From Bugula neritina (Eukaryota; Animalia; Bryozoa), in assembly GCA_964035545.1 (NCBI GenBank), contig CAXIUT010000230.1, forward strand, positions 1,116,001 to 1,180,000: DNA of 64,000 bases, in the 5' to 3' direction. The translations under genes and the position numbers were made by a program. Position 1 is the stretch's first letter; each line of letters begins with the position of its first letter. Below are positions 62,401-64,000 of the stretch, in pieces. The notes beneath the pieces were generated by a model, which saw only the letters and a list, made by a program, of their open reading frames with translations, was not told the origin of the DNA and did no database searches.

Positions 62401-64000
62401 TACTGCAACATACTGAAATACACTGTAACATATCGAAATACACTGCAACATACTGCAACATACTGAAATGCACCGGAACATAATGGAATACCTTGCAACA
62501 GATTGAAATATACTGCGACAGACTGAAACATAAGGTAACACAATGAAGTATACTGCGACACATTAAAATATACTGCAACATACTGAAATATACTGCAACA
62601 TACTGAAATGTAATGTAATATACAGAAATGTACTGTAACAAACTGAATTACACTCTAACATACTGAAACATGCTGTAGCATACTGAAATACACTGCAACA
62701 CACTGAAGTATACTGTAATACACTGAAATGTGATGCAACATACTGAATTATACTGCAACATAGTGCAACATACTGAAATATACTACAACAAACTGCAACA
62801 TACTGAAATACACTGGAACATATTGAAATACACTGCGACACATTGAAACATACTGCAACATACTGAAATACACTGGGACACATTGAAATATACTGTAACA
62901 TACTGCAACATACTAAAATACACTGCAACACATTAAAATATACTGCAACATACTGAAACATACTGCAACATACTGAAATACACTGTGACACACTGAAATA
63001 CACTGCAACATACTGCAACATACTGCAACATACTAAAATACACTGCAAGACATTAAAATATATTGCAACATACTGAAACATACTGCAACATACTGAAATA
63101 TACTGCAACACACTGAAACATACGGCAACATACCGAAATAAACTGCGACACGTTGAAAATTATTTCAACATACTGAAATATACTGCGACGCCTTAAAATA
63201 TACTGCAACATACTGAAATAGACTGCAAGTGGTGCAACATACTGAAATACACTGTGACACACTGAAATACACTGAAACATACTGCAACATACTGCAACAT
63301 ACTGAAATATTGTGCGACACACTGAAATACACTGCAATATACTGCAACATACTGCAACATACTGCATTACACTGGAACATATTGATATACACTGCAACAC
63401 ATTGAAATATACTGCAACACACTGAACCATATGGCAACATACCGAAATTTACTGCGACACACTGAAAAATACTGCAACATACGAATTATATTTCAAGCGG
63501 TGCAACATACTGAAATACAATGTGACACACTGAAATACACTGCAACATACTGCAACATACTGCAACATACTGAAATATTGTGCGACACATTGAAATATAC
63601 TGCAACGTATTGAAATATACTGTAACATACTGCAACATACTAAAATACACTGCAACATACTGAAATACATTGCAACACATTAAAATATACTGCGACATAC
63701 TGAAACATACTGCAACATGCTGAAATATACTGCAACATACTGAAATACACTATCACATATTGAAATATACTGCAACATACTGAATTACACTCTAACATAC
63801 TGAAATATGCTGTAGCATACTGAAATACACTGCAACACACTGAAGTATACGGTAATACACTGAAATGTAATGCAACATACTGAATTATACTGCAACATAG
63901 TGCAACATACTGAAATACACTACAACATACTGCAACATACTGAAATACACTGGAACATATTGAAATACACTGCGACACATTGAAACATACTGCAACATAC
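59470..64000 (+). repeat. Flank-type HOR, period 2344-2404 bp (about two copies)
   Basis: Landmarks 60219/62563, 60709/63053 and 61087/63431 differ by 2344. 59655/62059 differ by 2404, because one 60-bp sub-block is missing in the second copy near 62430. Confidence 0.8.

Larger units (their letters stand above)
1..64000 (+). repeat. Tandem satellite DNA array, 10-bp monomer (TGCAACATAC / TGAAATAYAC and variants), single orientation, open at both window ends
   Basis: Every line is in 10-bp register, e.g. 1-30 tactgcaaca tactgaaata cactggaaca. No unique insert or inverted segment was seen. The + strand is A/C-rich with about one G per monomer. Confidence 0.99.
45500..64000 (+). repeat. Right flanking (more heterogeneous) satellite layer
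   Basis: Left-flank motifs return: CTATCAC from ~46629, AACAGACTGTGAC from ~46913, TATTGTGCGAC from ~51479, TTCAAGCGG at ~55742, 58974, 61148, 63493. Many private substitutions. Confidence 0.85.

Noticed and set aside
5643-63613. Recurrent 60-aa plus-strand ORF MATY(R/Q)NLLRHTEKY...
   Set aside because: It starts at the ATG of a variant monomer (CCATATGG) and is satellite translation (TATYCNILQH). There is no gene context; it is useful only as a landmark.
160-63978. Hundreds of minus-strand Cys/Val/Gln/Tyr-rich ORFs (up to 273 aa)
   Set aside because: (GTATGTTGCA)n has no stop in any frame and translates as CCSMLQYVAV. The ORFs overlap in all three frames, so they are repeat artefacts rather than metallothionein- or keratin-associated-like genes.
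1-64000. CRISPR-like or other repeat-spacer array
   Set aside because: There are no unique spacers and no cas genes; the intervening sequence is itself the decamer.
1-64000. Transposon, rDNA, tRNA or unique-sequence insertion
   Set aside because: No stretch departing from the decamer register was found on reading the whole window.

Overview
The whole 64 kb is one uninterrupted, single-orientation satellite array with no genes, RNAs or mobile elements that I can support. It is built from a 10-bp monomer with two main forms (TGCAACATAC and TGAAATAYAC) plus recurrent variants. All ORFs in the track are translation artefacts of the repeat (CCSMLQYVAV is three monomers read on the minus strand). 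Variant monomers form fixed 100-150 bp modules, which form 180- and 338-bp sub-repeats and a ~2.35-2.4 kb higher-order repeat (HOR). These are further multiplied by nested tandem duplications of 4137, 4865, 5861/5871 and ~10.2 kb. A very homogeneous core (~11-45 kb) carries its own nested diagnostic alleles. It is flanked on both sides by more diverged sequence whose modules and alleles match each other across the core. This layered, expanding-from-within architecture resembles eukaryotic centromeric HOR arrays, but here it rests on a helical-turn-length monomer. Centromere function and host organism cannot be determined from sequence alone. Offsets were derived by eye and from the ORF-track coordinates; breakpoints are approximate to a few tens of bp.
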